Shown: positions 14,322 to 26,905 of the stretch, in pieces
How positions within the stretch are numbered: the first letter of the stretch is position 1
Layout: the number at the start of each line of letters is the position of its first letter
From: Octopus vulgaris
Lineage: Eukaryota
Assembly: GCA_951406725.2 (NCBI GenBank)
Contig: OX597830.1
Span: forward strand, 33,728,001 to 33,792,000
Direction: 5' to 3'
DNA length: 64,000 nt
Made by a program: the position numbers and the translations under genes
The notes under the pieces: generated by a model
What the model was told of the DNA's origin: nothing
The model's database searches: none
Seen by the model: only the letters and a program-made list of their open reading frames with translations

Positions 14322-14720
14322 CTCTTTCTTCTTCTTCTTCTTGTCTTGAGACAGCATTCACCTGGGGTGGGTGGAGCTGGCTTCATTCATCCTCAATGCT
14401 GCATCTCTCACAAACGCCGATCAGGCCCGACGATTTGAAGCTAACGATCGCGTGATCTCCAACCACTCCCTATTCCAGTTGCAAACGCCAAAGACATGGG
14501 GGGCTAGGTTGGATTCCAGATCAGCCTTGACCGTCATCAGCCAGGCTTTTCATTGTCCACCACATCGTTTTCGCCAACCCTGAAGGGGAGCTGGGGAAAT
14601 TGCTTTGTAGATGAATTCTCCTGGCTGACAAGGGAGAGCATGACTCAGCCAATGCAGACGTCTCGTTAGGATGACTTGTCAGAGGGAGATGATCCCTCCA
14701 ACATTCAAACATTCCTCATG
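14322..14720 (-). mobile_element. RTE-clade LINE 3' end with (AAG)n tail
   Basis: Minus strand reads PLQGWRKRCGGQ*KAWLMTVKADLESNLAPHVFGVCNWNREWLEITRSLASNRRA*SAFVRDAAL; (tct)n lies at 14322-14342. Confidence 0.8.
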
Positions 14721-15040
14721 TGATTTTAACTTGGCAATTTGTTGATTTGATTTTGAATCTTGCTACACCTCTAAATACAGAACACCACTTATTTCAAGTG
14801 ATCTCTAGATTAAGAGAGACATGGAAAACATCACACACACATGTGTATGCAACACACTTCTGTACAGTTTCTGTCTATCAGTTTTATACAGAGGGCATGG
14901 TTCAACCTGAGGTTATAGTTCTTGCTCAAGATGCCACTGTATGGGACTGAACATGCAAGCATTCAGTTACACAATAAAACTCCTTAATCAAATACACAGT
15001 TTTGTCTGCTTGAAGCCATGAAATTGTAACCAAGAAGCAG

Positions 15041-15260
15041 CCCTTTAGATTCTAAACTGGCCATAACCTGCGAAAATAATCTGCCTGTTTTATCTTCGAA
15101 TTAGCCAAATCTGGCTTCTTACATTGGCCCTACAATATTATTTTAAAAATGAACAATCACGTCATTGAAATATCAAAGCTACTAGGTAATGTGTGATTAT
15201 GTCTAATCAACGTGAATAAATAAGTAATACATTTGGCAGACAAATCTGAATGTTCAAGGG
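15041..15260. mobile_element. piggyBac-like MITE (same family as 20560-20781, opposite orientation)
   Basis: ccctttagatt...gaatgttcaaggg|TTAA; reverse-complement similarity to 20560-20781. Confidence 0.7.
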
Positions 15261-15352
15261 TTAATCTGTGTGGTGGGTGAACAGTAAGATTAATCTTAAT
15301 CTCTTCTTGCCTGAGCATCTTTACAATGAGTACATACCATTATGTTCACAAG

Positions 15353-15645
15353 ATCATCATCAGCATCATTATCACCATCATCATCATCACCATCATCATT
15401 ATCACCATCATCATCATCATCATCATCAACATTGTTGTCATCGTTGTCCTCATCATCATTGTCATCATCATCATCATGATTATTGTCGTCATTGTCATTA
15501 TCATTGTCATCGTCGTCGTTATCATCGTTGTTGTTGTCGTCGTCATCGTCATCATCGTCATCGTTATCGTCATAGTCATCTTCATCATCGTCGTTGTCAT
15601 CGTTGTTGTCGACGTCATTGTCGCCGTCGTCATCGTCATCATCAT
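15353..15645. repeat. Degenerate (CAT/CGT)n tract
   Basis: Read directly; continuous with the tail of the adjacent family D element. Confidence 0.93.
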
Positions 15646-15949
15646 CCTTTAACGTCTGCTTTCCATGCTGGCATGGGTTAGAAGGTTTGACTGAAACTGG
15701 TAAGCTGGAGAGCTACACCAGGTTCCAGTCTGATTTGACATTCTTTCTATGGCTGGATGCCCTTCCTAACACCAACCACTCCATGAGTGCAATGGGTGCT
15801 TTTTATGTGCCACCGGCACGGGTGCCATTTACACACAACACTGTCAACAGCCATGAATATGGTTTCACTTGGCTTAATGAATCTTCTCAAACTCAGCATA
15901 TCGTGAATGATCTCGATCACTTGTCATTGCTTCCGTGAGGCCCAACATT
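15646..15949 (-). mobile_element. Family D RTE-derived non-autonomous element, subfamily 2
   Basis: tttaacgtctgctttccatgctggcatggg...ggctggatgcccttcctaacaccaacc; the distal part matches the reverse complement of 55170-55310. Confidence 0.82.
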
Positions 15950-16187
15950 GTTTCTGTCTAAATCAGAGATCCTGGGACTGAGCCACATCAGACGTGAAGA
16001 GTGTCTACGAAGAACAAGAAAAGCAACAGTGAAGTTTCTGATCATGTGATAATTTCAACGTAGTTTTCTTGTTATAATTTATGATACAGCCTTGGCCACA
16101 TTAGTAAGTCTATATGAAGAAAATGGAATATGTTGAAATATACAGGAGTATGTGTATGTAAGTTAGTCATTAAACACATATAGACAA

Positions 16188-16219
<32 letters not shown>

Positions 16220-16638
16220 ACACACTCACAAACAGACATGCATACATGTATATAGATATAATGTATTTATACGTTTGTGTGCCCAAATCTAGAAAAGCTG
16301 ACGATCTATGGGTATGTCTGACCATATACATACATACATTCTATAAATGTGCATCTGTGAGTGTCTGTCTGTGTGTGCATGTGTGTGTTTGTGTGTATAA
16401 ATGAACATATGTATAAAAATATATAATTCTATGTATGTATATATATATATATATAGACACACATACACACCCACCCATGCCAGCATAGAAGGCAGACATT
16501 AAACAATGATGATGATGATGATATATATACATACACACACACATATATATTTATAAATATACATATATATATATACACATATATATATACATACATACAT
16601 ACATACATATATCATACATAAGTGTGTTGGTGTATGTA

Positions 16639-16688
<50 letters not shown>

Positions 16689-16730
16689 TATACATATATA
16701 TCTATATATATATATATGTAGACATATATG

Positions 16731-16766
<36 letters not shown>

Positions 16767-17149
16767 TACATATATATATAGGGTGACTTGGAGAGAAGTT
16801 TCTGTGAAACTATTCAATATCAAGATGTTTGTGTATGTGTAATAGAAACATTGATGGAGAAACTGTGTGTGTGTATATGTCTGTACTCTTGTATGTATGC
16901 AACTCTATATGTAAAGGTGTGTGTGTGGTGTTTGTGTGTGTGTGTGTGTGTTTGTGTGTGTCTGTGTGTGTGTGGCCTGAAAAGAGAGAGATAGACAGAT
17001 TGATTGACAGATAGAGAGAAAGAGAGAGAGAGAGAGAACTAAGCTTTAACAAACTGGCTATTATGGTTTCTCTCATTTTAGAATCACAAACAGAAAAATA
17101 ACAAGCTCTTAATTAGAAAACACTAATTAGTCTGTGTGTCCCCCCATCA

Positions 17150-18157
17150 ACTAGTACCGCTCACCACTCACTTCCCCACTCACTCTCACATTAACCATCA
17201 AGCTGATCTACCAACTTGCACACCTACCACCAGCACCAACCTCTACCAACAAAACAAACTGATATTTAATTCAAGAACTTCTTTTTTCTATCTAATGTTC
17301 ATTACAGATTTATCAGCTCTACCAACACCACTACTCACAAGAAAAGCAACAACAACGCTAGCAACGATGACAACAAGTGCAATGCCAAAGCCACCAACAA
17401 CTACAATAACACCACCAGCAGCTACAGACAGTAGTATTAACAACACCAAAAATAGCAACAGTGGTATTAGCAGCCCCAGCAATAGCAACCAGAGAAATAG
17501 CAACGTCAATCTTGAGAGCAACAATAGGAACATTGGCAATACTAACGGCAACTATGGTGACATTAGCACTGTAACAAACATAGGAATAGCATAGCTGTGA
17601 AAATAGCAACACTAGAAGTAAAAAAATTGCATCACAGTAAGAATAATAACAGCAACAGTGATACCACCAACAATATGAATAGCAACACATTACTAGCAAC
17701 GACAATTATAGCAACATCATCACTATCCCCACCTTAACAATAGCATTAGCAACACCATGAACATGACCACCATCAATAGCAATACCAACACTATGAAAGA
17801 AAACTAAAGTGACACCAAACAAAGAGCACCAATAGCAACACCAAGGCAACAAACTTGAAACACTGCAGTAAAATTAGCATCACTATGATAGCAAAACCAA
17901 CAACAATGATAGTTGTAATGCCAACACACCACCACCACCACCACCACCACCACCACAGACAGTAGTGGAAATATTTCTATATTCCTATTACTAGCACCAA
18001 CAGCAATAGCAACATCACAACTATCAACAGTAATAACAACACTGTCAACAATGTCAAATAGCAACATCTCTACAACCCAAACTACCAACAATTGTAACAC
18101 CAACAACAACAACAACAACAATAGCAACATTACCATCACCACTATCAGCAGCAACCA
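17150..18157. repeat. Degenerate (CAA/CAG/CAC)-rich low-complexity tract
   Basis: Read directly; gives Thr/Asn/Ser-rich spurious ORFs. Confidence 0.75.
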
Positions 18158-18430
18158 CACCTAAAGCTCCACTAGGCTCTGCCAGTGGGTGGTGGTGACC
18201 CCTGTTGTACTCTTTCACCCCAAATTTCTCTCACTCTTTCTTCCTGTGTTTTGTCCCCGACTTCCTATGCAACCACTGAACCTGGATGCACATTCATCCA
18301 TCCGTCGATGCTCTTGGTGTCGGGGGGGGGGGAGTTGACCTGCTTTCTCTTCTGCGGGTCTTACAAATAGCAAAGGACCACGTGTTGGACTTCTCCCATC
18401 TTGCGAGCTCTGGGACGAAGACTGTTCGCT

Positions 18431-18432
<2 letters not shown>
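18158..18432 (+). mobile_element. Family C SINE, 5'-truncated, tail variant 2
   Basis: Highly similar to the reverse complement of 22231-22497; ends gggacgaagactgttcgctc followed by (caacag)n. Confidence 0.88.
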
Positions 18433-18465
<33 letters not shown>

Positions 18466-18784
18466 ATAATAGCAATGTCAACACCATTACAGTAATATAG
18501 CAACTGTACAATGCAAAAGAAAGAAGAAATGCATTGCTTGTCGCTATTACAACTGCAGCACCAACAATAACCATGACCCCACCCAGCTTCTTTTTCTTTC
18601 AAATAAGGGGTCTCAAATTCTAGATGTCTTTGAAGGCACAAAGCCAATGGACTGTTTTTGTTCTGGGAAATAGAAACAACGCCACTTGTAGCTTAGCAAA
18701 TTTTGGAGAAATACAAGCATAAACTAGCACACATGCATGCACACACACACACAAACACACACACACACACACTTTTATGCATGA

Positions 18785-18945
18785 GGGACTGCTTTCAGAT
18801 TTTGTGTAGAAAATTACACCAAAAGCCTTTGATCATCCTGAAGCTATAGTAGAAGACATTTGCCCAAGGTGCCATGCAGTGGGATTGAACCCGGAACCAT
18901 GTGGTTGGGGAGCATACTTCTTAACCACATTTTCATGATTGTGCT
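18785..18945 (-). mobile_element. Family A SINE head fragment
   Basis: gcccaaggtgccatgcagtgggattgaacccggaaccatgtggttgg. Confidence 0.8.
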
Positions 18946-18958
18946 TTATGGTGTAAAC

Positions 18959-19211
18959 TAGTGATTCTCAGCCCTCTTTTTTTGCGTATTGATTCCTAGT
19001 GATTCCTTTTTTTACTCAAGTGGGCCCTTATAGCAATTCAATGTTTAAAAAACCCTATTATATTATATAAGTGCAGGCATGGCCATGTGGTAAGAAGTTT
19101 GCTCCCCAGTCACACAGCCACGCCTGTATAAAGAATTATTAAAGTATTTTGTGTGATGTAGAAGTATAACATTTAGCCTCAAAATCTTATATGGACCCCA
19201 GAGAATCACTG
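18959..19211. mobile_element. hAT (Charlie-type) MITE
   Basis: TIR tagtgattctc / gagaatcactg; 8-bp TSD gtgtaaac (18951-18958) and gtataaac (19212-19219). Confidence 0.8.
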
Positions 19212-19275
19212 GTATAAACTAAAGAAAAAAGACAACTATAATAATGTAGTCCAAGATAATAATGCAGTCCAAAGG

Positions 19276-19713
19276 CACCATTCGAGTGTGATTGTTACCA
19301 GTGTCGCCTTATTGGCACTCAAGCCCCGTGCTAGTAGTGTATTAAGAGCACCATCCGAGCATGATCGTTGCTAGAGCGGCTATCTAGCTTCTGTGCTGGT
19401 GGCACGTAAAAGACACCATTCAAGCGTGATCGTTACCAAAATCGCCTTACTGGCACCTGTGCCGGTGGCATGTGTAAAAGATTCGAGCAAGGTCGTTGCC
19501 AGTACCGCCTGACTGGCCCCGTGTCAGTGGCACGTAAAAAGCACCGACTATACTCTCGGAGTGGTCGGCGTTAGGAAGGGCATCCAGCTGTAGAAACTCT
19601 GCCAGATCAAGATTGAAGCCTGGTGCAGCCATCTGGTTCGCCAGGCCTGTCAAATCGTCCAACCCATGCTAGCATGGAAAGCGGACGTCAAACGATGATG
19701 ATGATGATGATGA
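19276..19713 (+). mobile_element. Family D element, subfamily 1, with internal 60-72 bp tandem units
   Basis: About four units, then ggcgttaggaagggcatccagctgtagaaa and tail ccatgctagcatggaaagcggacgtcaaac(gat)n. Confidence 0.88.
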
Positions 19714-19846
19714 AGAGACGGTGTCTGATGGAAAAAGACCATCATCATTAGAATATCATAGTTCATTGATTGGAACTGACTTTATACTAAACAAAACAAC
19801 AATCAAGTCTGGTAATTGGAGAAACAACAGAGAAATGTCTGTATAG

Positions 19847-20266
19847 TTTACTCTTTTACTTGTTTCAGCCATTTAGCTGTGACCATGCTGGAGCACCACC
19901 TTTAGTCGAGCAAATCAAATCAACCCTAGGACTTGTTCGTTGTAAGCCTAGTGCTTATTCTATCAGTCTCTTTTGCCGAAATGCTAAGTTACAGAGGCAT
20001 AAACACACCAGCATCAGTTGTCAAGCAATATTGGGTGGGGACAAATACAGACACACAAACATATGCACACACACACATACATACATATATATACATATAT
20101 ATATGACAGGCTTCTTTCATTTTGCATCTACCGAATCCGCTCACAAGGCTTTGGTCAGCCTGGAGCTATAGTAGAAGGCATTTGCCCAAGGTGCCACACA
20201 GTGGGACTGAACCCGGAACCACGTGGTTCGTAAGCAAGCTACTTACCACACAGCTACTCCTACGCC
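19847..20266 (-). mobile_element. Family A SINE, full length
   Basis: Reverse-complement match to 4110-4666 from head to tail. Confidence 0.9.
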
Positions 20267-20559
20267 TATGTTTGCTAGAAATAGTGATCAAACCTCCCTC
20301 AAAGCATTAAGCAATGTTGTACTATATGTTGTTTAGCTAGCTGAAGTCAAACCTGATCAAGTAGATGCCAGATCAAAAGAATTCCATCAGCGACCTACAT
20401 GTCATTTTCCCATGTTTTCCTTAAAATGCCAGGGTGTGATTTTAAGGGAGATTTGACAGTTGATCTTAGCATATTCAGTGATCATAGAACGGTTTATACA
20501 GATGGAGGTTATAGATTTTGTTGGGGGCTTTACACTGTTTGCGTTGCTTGTTTTGTTAG

Positions 20560-20781
20560 CCCTTTACAACATTCAGTTTACTCTGTCAAATGCAATGTTT
20601 ATTTATCCACATTGGTTCCATTTAATCATGCCTTATCTCATAGCTTCAAGATTTCAATGATGTTATTGTTAATTTCTCGAATGACATTTTAGGGTAGGTG
20701 TGAGAGGTCAGATGTGGCTGTGTTGAATATAAAACAGGTAGAATTTTGGGGTCGGATATGGCTGGTTTAAATGCTAAATGG
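20560..20781. mobile_element. piggyBac-like MITE
   Basis: ttag|ccctttacaacatt ... aatgctaaatgg|TTAA. Confidence 0.7.
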
Positions 20782-20855
20782 TTAAATGTCATGCCAAGAA
20801 AACGTTAACGGTGACTGTATCATTGTTTGTTGTTGCAGATGATGATGATGATCGT

Positions 20856-21330
20856 TTTCTCAACTGGGGCTCATATGGCCTCTGAGTGTCCATGTAGCAA
20901 AATAGTTAATTGGAGATTCACAATAGTATTTTAAGGGTCCCTGAAAAAAATGTTGCCTTAGATGTATGTACTGGTATTTATTGCAAGAATCAGCTAGGTT
21001 TCTTTTTCTAACATTTTACAGAGTTAAGGCAGCAAGCTGGCAGAAGCATTAGCATACTGGGTGAAATGCTTAGCGGTATTTTGCCTGTCTTTACATTCTG
21101 AGTTCAAATTCCACCAAGGCCAACTTTACTTTTCATTCTTTCGTGGTTGATAAATAAAGTACCAGTTGAACACTGGAGTCGATCTAATTGACTGGCCCTC
21201 TCCCACAAAATTTTGGGCCTTGTGCCTTGAGCAGAAAAAGAACGTTTTAAAGAGTTCAACCTACACAAGGTAATGTGTGGAAAACAAAATAGTAATTTGA
21301 AAAAAGTATCTATAAAACTAGTTTTTTAAG
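20856..21330. mobile_element. Truncated hAT-like MITE, paralog of 21332-22024, interrupted by a family B SINE
   Basis: Shares cacaatagtattttaag..., aaaatag.aattt and ctataaaactagttttt with the next copy. Confidence 0.7.
21026..21240 (+). mobile_element. Family B SINE
   Basis: 16-bp TSD aacattttacagagtt / aacgttttaaagagtt. Confidence 0.9.
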
Positions 21331-21331
21331 C

Positions 21332-22024
21332 CAGTGGTTCTCAAATGGGGTCCATATAAGATTTTTGAAGGTCCACAATAGTATTTTAAGAGCTCTTGAA
21401 AAATTTCTGCTTTAGATGTCTATATTAGTATGTACTGCAAGAAACAGGTGGGTTTCTTTCTCTACCATTTTTACATAGTTCTACCTACATGAGTTAGTGT
21501 GGGAAAAGCAAAATAGGAATTTTGAAAGAATCTCTTTCTATATAAACGGCAGTTTGTCTGTGCGTGTTTCTGTGTGTCTGTTTTCTTGTACCCTCACCCT
21601 GACCACAGCTTTCAACCGATTCTGATGAAACTTGACACACACATAGCCCAATGTCATAATTCAAAACTAACGCAGCGAAAATTTTGAAAAGTTCCCCCAG
21701 TTCTGAAAAAAAAAATCGATAAATTCGACATGGGGTCGAGAATCAGAAACACAAACCGCAAACTGTCTAGGGGACGCAACTCCACCTTTTTTAACTAAAA
21801 AAAAATTCACCATCATTTTTTTCCATCTTTTGCTGTTTTTTGGCTATAACTCTCTAAAAATGGTTTATAGTTATTTCCCTTACAAACCTGAGCAACGCTG
21901 GGCGATACTGCTAGTTTTCTATAAAACTAGTTTTTAAACATCGAATGACTATTGGGGTTCCACCAGAATAAAATAGTAATCAAAGTGGTTCATAGATAAA
22001 AAAGAAAATGTTTGAGAATCCCTG
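21332..22024. mobile_element. hAT-like MITE hosting a Helitron
   Basis: TIR cagtggttctcaaa / tttgagaatccctg; no clear TSD. Confidence 0.75.
21531..21914 (+). mobile_element. Non-autonomous Helitron
   Basis: A|TC start, imperfect subterminal hairpin cctgagcaacgctggg, CTAG|T end, no TSD. The paralog at 21284-21327 shows the empty site. Confidence 0.88.
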
Positions 22025-22230
22025 CATTAAAGGGTTGAATGGGATTTCTTACAGAATATTTTCGTTGACTGTGTTCTGAGTTCTAATCCCCATGGGGATG
22101 TTGCTCAGATCATGGTAGTGGTGGTTATGGTGGTGGTGGTGGTGGTGGTGATTTTGGTAGTGATGATGTTAGAGGTGATATTGATGTTGCTTGTGGTGCT
22201 GCTGATAGTGATGTTGTTGCTGTTGCTGTT

Positions 22231-22595
22231 GAGCGAACGGTCTTCGTCCCAGAGCTTGCAAGATGGGAGAAGTCCGAAACGTGGTCCTTTGCTATTCGTA
22301 AGACCCGCAGAAGAGAAAGCAGGTCAACCCCCGACACCGAGAGCATGGACGGATGGATGAATGCGCATCCAGGCTCAGCGGTTGCATTGGAAGTCGGGGA
22401 CAAGAAACAGGAAGAAAGAGTGAGAGAAAGTTGGGGCGAAAGAGTACAACAGGGGTCGCCACCACCCCCTGCCAGAGCCTTGTGGGGCTTTAGGTGTTTT
22501 CGCTCAATAAACACCCACAACGCCCAGTCTGGGAATCGAAACCACGATCCTCTGACCGCAAGTCCGCTGCTCTAACCACTGGGCCATTGCGCATC
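22231..22595 (-). mobile_element. Family C SINE, tail variant 2
   Basis: Head gcgcaatggcccagtggttagagcagcggacttgcggtc...ggtttcgattccc on the minus strand; (caacag)n tail. Confidence 0.9.
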
Positions 22596-22851
22596 CTGAT
22601 GTTGTTGCTGTTGATGGTGCCGGTAGTGACATCGATGATGTCAGTCACAAAGTGAGGGATAATTGCTGGTGATGATATTGGCAATGATGTTAGAGGTGAT
22701 GCTGGTAAAGATGTTAATGCTGCTGATGATGATTATAATGATGATGTAGATAATGATTGTGATGATGATGTTGACAGCGATGATGATGATCGGAACGATG
22801 GTGATGATGATGTTGGTAGTGATGTTGGTACTGAAGATAATGTTGATGGTA

Positions 22852-22909
<58 letters not shown>

Positions 22910-23180
22910 CAGTAAACAGTAAAAACTAAGAGAAATAATTAACGAAAGAAAAAAATAACAAGTTGCCATAGAAATAGCAGTAACAGTAACGGCATTAATT
23001 ATACAAAACAACAACAACAACAACAGCAACAACAACAACACTTATAGTGAATAAAACAACTACAACGGTAATAACACCAACATTAATATTAGTTACTTTG
23101 AGATCAAAGTTAATAACATTGACAATATTAATAACTATAATGATACTAGCCACAACAACTAAGATTACCTGTAGTAGTAC

Positions 23181-23228
<48 letters not shown>
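22596..23228. repeat. (GAT)n, (CAA)n and (AGT)n tracts
   Basis: Read directly from the sequence. Confidence 0.85.
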
Positions 23229-23799
23229 AAATATTTATAATTATATTCTGAGGGAGAAAGGACAATATCACCTCAGGGGAAAAATGGTAACAAAAACGGA
23301 TGTTGGCAAATGAATATATATTGTTTATAGTTAATTACATTCCTCTAACGACTTTCTAAAAATATCTACAGGTGTTCTCATCGAAGCTTTTCTTTCCACA
23401 AATTTTTACATATTCATCTTTATTTTTAATAATTCCTATGTTTTATTTTATTTATTTATTTATCTTTAGTTTATACTGTTTTTGTATTTTTTTGATGCAG
23501 TTATTTTGTTTTCTTTTGTTGTTTTTTCTTCATTTTTTTGTTTCATTTTTATATTTCATTCATTTCCTGTCTACTTTTCCCTCATTCCTTTCTAACCTCG
23601 CTCACAAACTGCAATTCATTTTTTCGTTTCATATTTCATTTTTTTTTTTAATTAAAAAAAAATATTAGCTATATTCATCTATCTTTTGTTTATAATTTCC
23701 CTCTCTTCTTTCTCAGACCTTCTCTTCCCCTTTCTCTCTCCATCTTTATTTCTCTTTCTTTTTATTTTTCTACCTATCTGTTTCTCTATCTTTATGACT

Positions 23800-23831
23800 A
23801 ATTATCTAACTATTTATCTGTCTATCTATCA

Positions 23832-23879
<48 letters not shown>

Positions 23880-23880
23880 G

Positions 23881-23914
<34 letters not shown>

Positions 23915-23956
23915 CATCTATCTATCTATCCATCCATCTGTCCATCTGTCTATCTA

Positions 23957-23998
<42 letters not shown>

Positions 23999-24200
23999 CG
24001 TCCATCCGTCCGTCCGTCCATCCGTCCGTCCATCCGTCCGTCCGTCCATCCATCCCTCCATCTATCTATCTAGCTATCTATCCATCCGTCAATCTATCTG
24101 TCTATCTATCTATCTATCTGTCTTTCCGTCTGTCTGTCTGTCTGTCTGTCTATTAATCTATCTATCTATCTATCGATCTATCTATCTATCTATCTATCTG

Positions 24201-24259
<59 letters not shown>

Positions 24260-24285
24260 GTCTATCTATCAATCAATCTATCATT
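23800..24285. repeat. Compound (TCTA)/(TCTG)/(TCCG)/(TCCA) microsatellite
   Basis: Read directly from the sequence. Confidence 0.95.
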
Positions 24286-24677
24286 ATATGTCACTCTATC
24301 TGTGTGTCAATATGTCTAACTATCTATCCATCTTTCTAGCTACTTTTGTGTTAATGTATATAAATGCATGTGTCTGTATAAATATATAAGTATTTTATGT
24401 AAATACCATATACATATATACAAATATACATAAAGTGATGTACCTGAATAATACACACACACAAACACACACATATGTATGTATGTATATTTTTGTATAT
24501 GCATATGTGAGAGTATGCCTGTATATGACTATGATGTATGTGTGCGTAAGCGTATATATATGTATGCGTGCATAACTAAACATATATGTTAATCAGTATA
24601 CGTGAGTTTAGATGTGACAGTATCTTAAACACATACACATACTCAAACAAATTAGACAGAACGATATAGACATACAA

Positions 24678-24726
<49 letters not shown>

Positions 24727-25149
24727 TGTATGTATGTGTGTGTGTGTAAAACATTAAAAACAAATTAATAATTGAATTAATATTGTACAAAGCATCATAT
24801 ACAATACTTTTATACGCAATAACAATAACACCAACAGGCAACAAAAACCCTCACACCGCTACCACTCAACCACCTCTCAACCGCATCGACAATGACGATT
24901 GCAATAACGAACTTAAAACATTCTGTGTCTCTTCATTTCCAGAAGTAATTCTTCTATTATTTTTTTAAGAATTTGCCTATAATATTTTACCTACTAATTT
25001 CCTTTGAAGAATTCTAAGAAGTTATTACTCATCAAACTATGATTAAATAATTTTCTATAGAACAGGAACTTTTAAAAATATTCTATTATACTGCGTTAGA
25101 ATAGAAGACAAATGATATGTGCAAGTTTCTCTTGTGTATATGTGTGCCT

Positions 25150-25255
25150 ATATATATATATTTATTTATGATATATAACATATATATATAACATCTGTAT
25201 TATATCTATTATATATGAGCATATATTATATAAATATATATGTAATATATCTATA

Positions 25256-25319
<64 letters not shown>

Positions 25320-25359
25320 CATATATATATATATTCCTGTATATATTTATATATACGTA

Positions 25360-25392
<33 letters not shown>

Positions 25393-25401
25393 TCATGTAC
25401 A

Positions 25402-25465
<64 letters not shown>
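25150..25465. repeat. (TA)n microsatellite
   Basis: Read directly from the sequence. Confidence 0.95.
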
Positions 25466-25472
<7 letters not shown>

Positions 25473-25811
25473 AATTAAATGCGTTGGTATGTTTATGTGT
25501 GTATGTGTGTGTTGGATTATATATAACAAGACATTTTACAGTTTCAGTAATGGTGTGTGTGTATGTTTATTTGTATATTCTCTTGTGTGTGTATGTGCAT
25601 GTGTGTGTGTGTGCGCGCATACATGCACCATACATGAAGGACATACAATATATGTGTGTATACTGGTATATTGTGCGTCATTGTTTTTCTATGTACAAAG
25701 ACAGATTTACTCAAAACTCTGTGTGTGTGTGTGTCAATGTACGTGTGTATATGTCTGTGTGTTTGTGTAAGCAAACACATTCACACACATATTCATATAC
25801 ACAAACGTGTA

Positions 25812-25858
<47 letters not shown>

Positions 25859-26382
25859 CTCTCTCTCATGTTTAAAATTTAATTACATATGTCATATTAT
25901 ACAAGTTTGCATGTAATATATATATATACATATATCTACACACACACACACACACACATGTGCATATGCATACATACACATACATACACACACAGATAAA
26001 TACAAAACACACAATTGCACACAAACATGCATTCATGTCGTTCATACACATCCGATTGCATCATCATATCGCATTATTTGACTAAAGAAAAATAACAAAG
26101 AATAAATTTTAAGAGATTGTGATGTCTCTTTATCGCTGTCTTTCCTTCTTCTTGTGTAGAATGAAATCTAAATAATTCTTGCTAATTACAAAGACATCTT
26201 CAGTTCAGTAAGAATTAAAGAACCAAATGACTTTGTTAATAATGCTGCTTATTTTGTTTATGTCTATTGGTGTCTCTAAATCTTTGCTCTTCCTGTTTGA
26301 TATTATATCATACATAGGAAATAGCAATATTTCAAAGGTTGGAGTTGATGTGTATGTGGTAGGGGTGGTGTATGTGTGTATG

Positions 26383-26438
<56 letters not shown>

Positions 26439-26628
26439 TTGTGTTTGTGTGTGAATGCATTTGTAGCAATGTGTTATGTGAACTTATGATTGTTTAAATA
26501 TATGTTTAATGTGCACCTCTGTGCTTGTGTGTATGTGTGTGTGTGTGTGTGTGGGTGGGTGTGTTTGTGGCTTTGTATGATTGTGTTTTATTGATGTGTT
26601 TAACATGTATATATGTGTTTGTATATAT

Positions 26629-26905
26629 AGGCACAGGAGTGGCTGTGTGGTAAGTAGCTTGCTAACCAACCACATCGTTCCGGGTTCAGTCCCACTGCGT
26701 GGCACCTTGGGCAAGATGCAGGAGGAAAGATTGAGAGAAAGTTGTGGCGAAAGAGTAAGCAGAAGTTTGCCATTACCTTCTGCCGGAGCCACGTGGAGCT
26801 TAGGTGTTTCGCTCATAAGCACACACATCACCCGGTCTGAGATTTGAACCCATGATCCCTTGACTGCGAGTCTGCTGCTCTAACCACTAGGCCATGTGCC
26901 TCCAC
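26629..26905. mobile_element. Family A SINE head (+) fused to a family C SINE (-)
   Basis: ggcacaggagtggctgtgtgg...ccttggGCAAG joined to GCAAGatgcaggaggaaag...ggccatgtgcctccaca. Confidence 0.85.

Noticed and set aside
15268-15681. His/Cys/Arg-rich ORF resembling a metal-binding protein
   Set aside because: It is the (CAT/CGT)n tract at the tail of a family D element and is open in several frames.
17136-17594. Thr/Ser/Asn-rich 152-aa mucin-like ORF
   Set aside because: Degenerate trinucleotide tract with no domain or splice evidence.
19276-19545. CRISPR-like repeat-spacer array
   Set aside because: Eukaryotic context, no cas genes, and the apparent spacers are homologous to each other and lie inside a dispersed retroelement.
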